From Alkanindiges illinoisensis DSM 15370 (GTDB lineage Bacteria; Pseudomonadota; Gammaproteobacteria; Pseudomonadales; Moraxellaceae): 32,000 nt of DNA. Each line of letters starts with the position of its first letter. The first letter of the stretch is position 1. The stretch spans positions 580,064-612,063 of the forward strand of contig NZ_JHUX01000003.1 of the NCBI RefSeq assembly GCF_000619845.1, written 5' to 3'. Below, piece after piece: positions 30,203 through 32,000 of this stretch. The notes under the pieces are model-generated. The model was given only the letters and a program-made list of their open reading frames with translations. It was not told where the DNA came from and did no database searches. The position numbers were made by a program, and so were the translations under genes.

Positions 30203-31975
30203 ATGACCGTTTTAAGTGCAGAAATCGAAAAGGCGTATAAAGAGCAGCAGGATCAAATTGCTCAGTGCGCGAATTATTACTATGGTGGCTTTAATGCAAC
30301 TGAAATTGCTCAGTTTGACAGTATTGCCATTGCCCCTGAATCACGTCCAGACCTGGTAAAAAGCCTGTTTGATTCGATTGGTGAAGAAGGTCAGGCTAAT
30401 ATTGATAATGCAGTGCGCTGGGGTGTTGAACAATATCAAGCGCGTAATGGCGGCCAATTGCCTCATCCGTCAGTCATTGCCAGTGCGTTAGGTGCAGGCC
30501 TGCAAGCAAGCACAATTAACCCTGAAAACTTAAGCAAAGCGATTGCTGGTTTCGATAGTATCAGTAACCTGCAATATGAGCAGGCCAGTATCGTGCCAGC
30601 ATTGACCGTAGCGACCATTGCAAACGTCATTGCCTATGCATTGCCTATTTTTGCGCTGATTCCCAACAATAATCAGTCAGTTAAAGTGCCATTGGTGGCC
30701 ATGCGCTTTATTACTGATACGGCGTTTGGTGCAATGGGTGCAGGTGAATATCTGGACGGCGAAAATGCCGCAAAACCCTATGCTGAAGGCCGCTTCCGCT
30801 TTGCAATGGCTAAAGGCGCTGGTAATACTTACAGCGTAGTTGCCCATACCTGCTATGACGACTTTAAAGCCAAAACTCCAGACACCGCTACGCCGTTGCT
30901 GCCATTCTGGTCAGGTCTGGTATCTGTAAAAATCAATGGCATGGAAGTAGGTCATACCCGTGATGACCGCCTGCTGTCTGTTGATAAAGGCCAGATTAGC
31001 CTGATTCCAAACCAGAAGGGCGTAAAAGTTGGTAACACAGTTTACAAACTCACTGGCAGCACTATCAATCTGGATACCAGCTCTATTAGTGTGACACTTG
31101 ATGGGGCACTGCCTGCTGGTGCTTCTATCGAAGTGGCCTTGGTTGCCAATTTTGAAGCCCGTGACGCTAACAAGAAATTCAAGCTCAATCCGGTTGGTGT
31201 GAGCGTTGAAGCGGAATATGACTCACTGGTGGCTGCGCCATTTGCCATGCGTGTTAATGCGTCATACAGCACACAAAGCCAGCTGGCCAATGAATTAAAC
31301 CTGGGCTTTGTGGGTGCTGCATTATCAATTATGCAAGGTAAGTTCTTTTTGGAACAAACCATTCGATTGCTCAAAGAAGTGAAAGAACGCGCTGTTTTAA
31401 ATGGTCGTGGCTACTTTGATATGTCGCGTGGTGTAACTGGTAATTTGTCTGCCGTTGCCAATACCACCGGTGATTTGTTTGCCGAAGTGCTCAAAGTCAT
31501 TAAGAAAGGTAAGCGTCGTATCCGCCGTGCTTCAGGTGGCGCAACTACCAGCTTTGACCTGTACGTGGGCGACAACGGTGAAATCTTCTTCACTACGCTG
31601 TCTGCTGATAAGTTCACACCGACTGGTGTCAGCTCAACGTATGGCGAAATTGTGCGTATCGGTACGCTGGCTGATGGCACCGATGTTTATCACACGCCTA
31701 ATGCGCAGGGTGTTATTGAAGAGTCTGACGACAATAAGACCTTTGAAATGCTGCTGATTGGTAAAGGGAATGAGCCAGTGCGCAACCCATTGGTTGGTCA
31801 TATCCCTAACCCGCCTGTGGTACGTGAAGCGTTTGCCGATACCCGTGAGTTGGTGATGGATATTCACGGCAAAATGGCTGCGGAATTGAACCCGCTGGAA
31901 CGCTACGCTGACCAGTGTGCGGTGCTACAAGTGGTTAATGCACCAGCCATTCCATTTGACCCACCAGCCAAGTAA
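30203..31975 (+). CDS. Putative major capsid protein (large, about 590 aa, possibly with an N-terminal scaffold-like extension)
   Basis: ATG 30203 with an AAGGTG RBS. The track start 30071 would read through the terminator and the motif. The gene is insulated by a terminator and its own upstream motif, and its composition is A/G/V/N-rich as expected of a highly expressed structural protein. The capsid assignment rests on context and composition, not on a recognised signature. Confidence 0.5.
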   Translation: MTVLSAEIEKAYKEQQDQIAQCANYYYGGFNATEIAQFDSIAIAPESRPDLVKSLFDSIGEEGQANIDNAVRWGVEQYQARNGGQLPHPSVIASALGAGLQASTINPENLSKAIAGFDSISNLQYEQASIVPALTVATIANVIAYALPIFALIPNNNQSVKVPLVAMRFITDTAFGAMGAGEYLDGENAAKPYAEGRFRFAMAKGAGNTYSVVAHTCYDDFKAKTPDTATPLLPFWSGLVSVKINGMEVGHTRDDRLLSVDKGQISLIPNQKGVKVGNTVYKLTGSTINLDTSSISVTLDGALPAGASIEVALVANFEARDANKKFKLNPVGVSVEAEYDSLVAAPFAMRVNASYSTQSQLANELNLGFVGAALSIMQGKFFLEQTIRLLKEVKERAVLNGRGYFDMSRGVTGNLSAVANTTGDLFAEVLKVIKKGKRRIRRASGGATTSFDLYVGDNGEIFFTTLSADKFTPTGVSSTYGEIVRIGTLADGTDVYHTPNAQGVIEESDDNKTFEMLLIGKGNEPVRNPLVGHIPNPPVVREAFADTRELVMDIHGKMAAELNPLERYADQCAVLQVVNAPAIPFDPPAK

Positions 31976-32000
31976 GGGCAGTTAAAAAGGCGCGTTGATC

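Noticed and set aside
1-32000. tRNA/tmRNA genes, CRISPR arrays, att sites, integrase or transposase
   Set aside because: No intergenic gap is long enough for a tRNA, and none shows T-arm (GGTTCGAATCC-like) or repeat-spacer structure. No recombinase-like ORF is present. The integration module presumably lies beyond the left edge.

Overview
The window looks like about 32 kb of a temperate, mosaic (lambdoid-style) phage or prophage, transcribed almost entirely on the + strand. From left to right it holds: a truncated cI-like repressor (- strand) facing cro across a spacer with three 16-bp palindromic operators; a 186-type CII; a Rha/KilAC antirepressor; a DUF1376 (YdaU/O-like) replication protein with a DnaC-like loader; RusA; and an XRE-type regulator. 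Next come a strongly AT-rich accessory island (11.2-12.9 kb) containing the only other - strand gene, then an 803-aa glycine-zipper protein with a lambda-R (GH104)-like muralytic domain, and four exported, membrane or lipoprotein genes. The large terminase follows, and its Walker A loop is split by a 149-aa mini-intein. After it lies a second AT-rich island encoding a TIR-like protein plus a 2TM/Macro-like protein (type II Thoeris-like). The window ends with tail-fibre genes, a prokaryotic-PLA2-like protein and a large putative capsid protein. A conserved intergenic motif of about 20 nt (TGGAACC-N2-CC-N3-TTTAGC) occurs 8 times, always on the + strand, ahead of late or accessory genes and often next to hairpin/T-tract terminators. 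I saw no tRNA, rRNA, CRISPR array, integrase or portal. All functional calls come from hand-read motifs and remembered family signatures; no database search was run.
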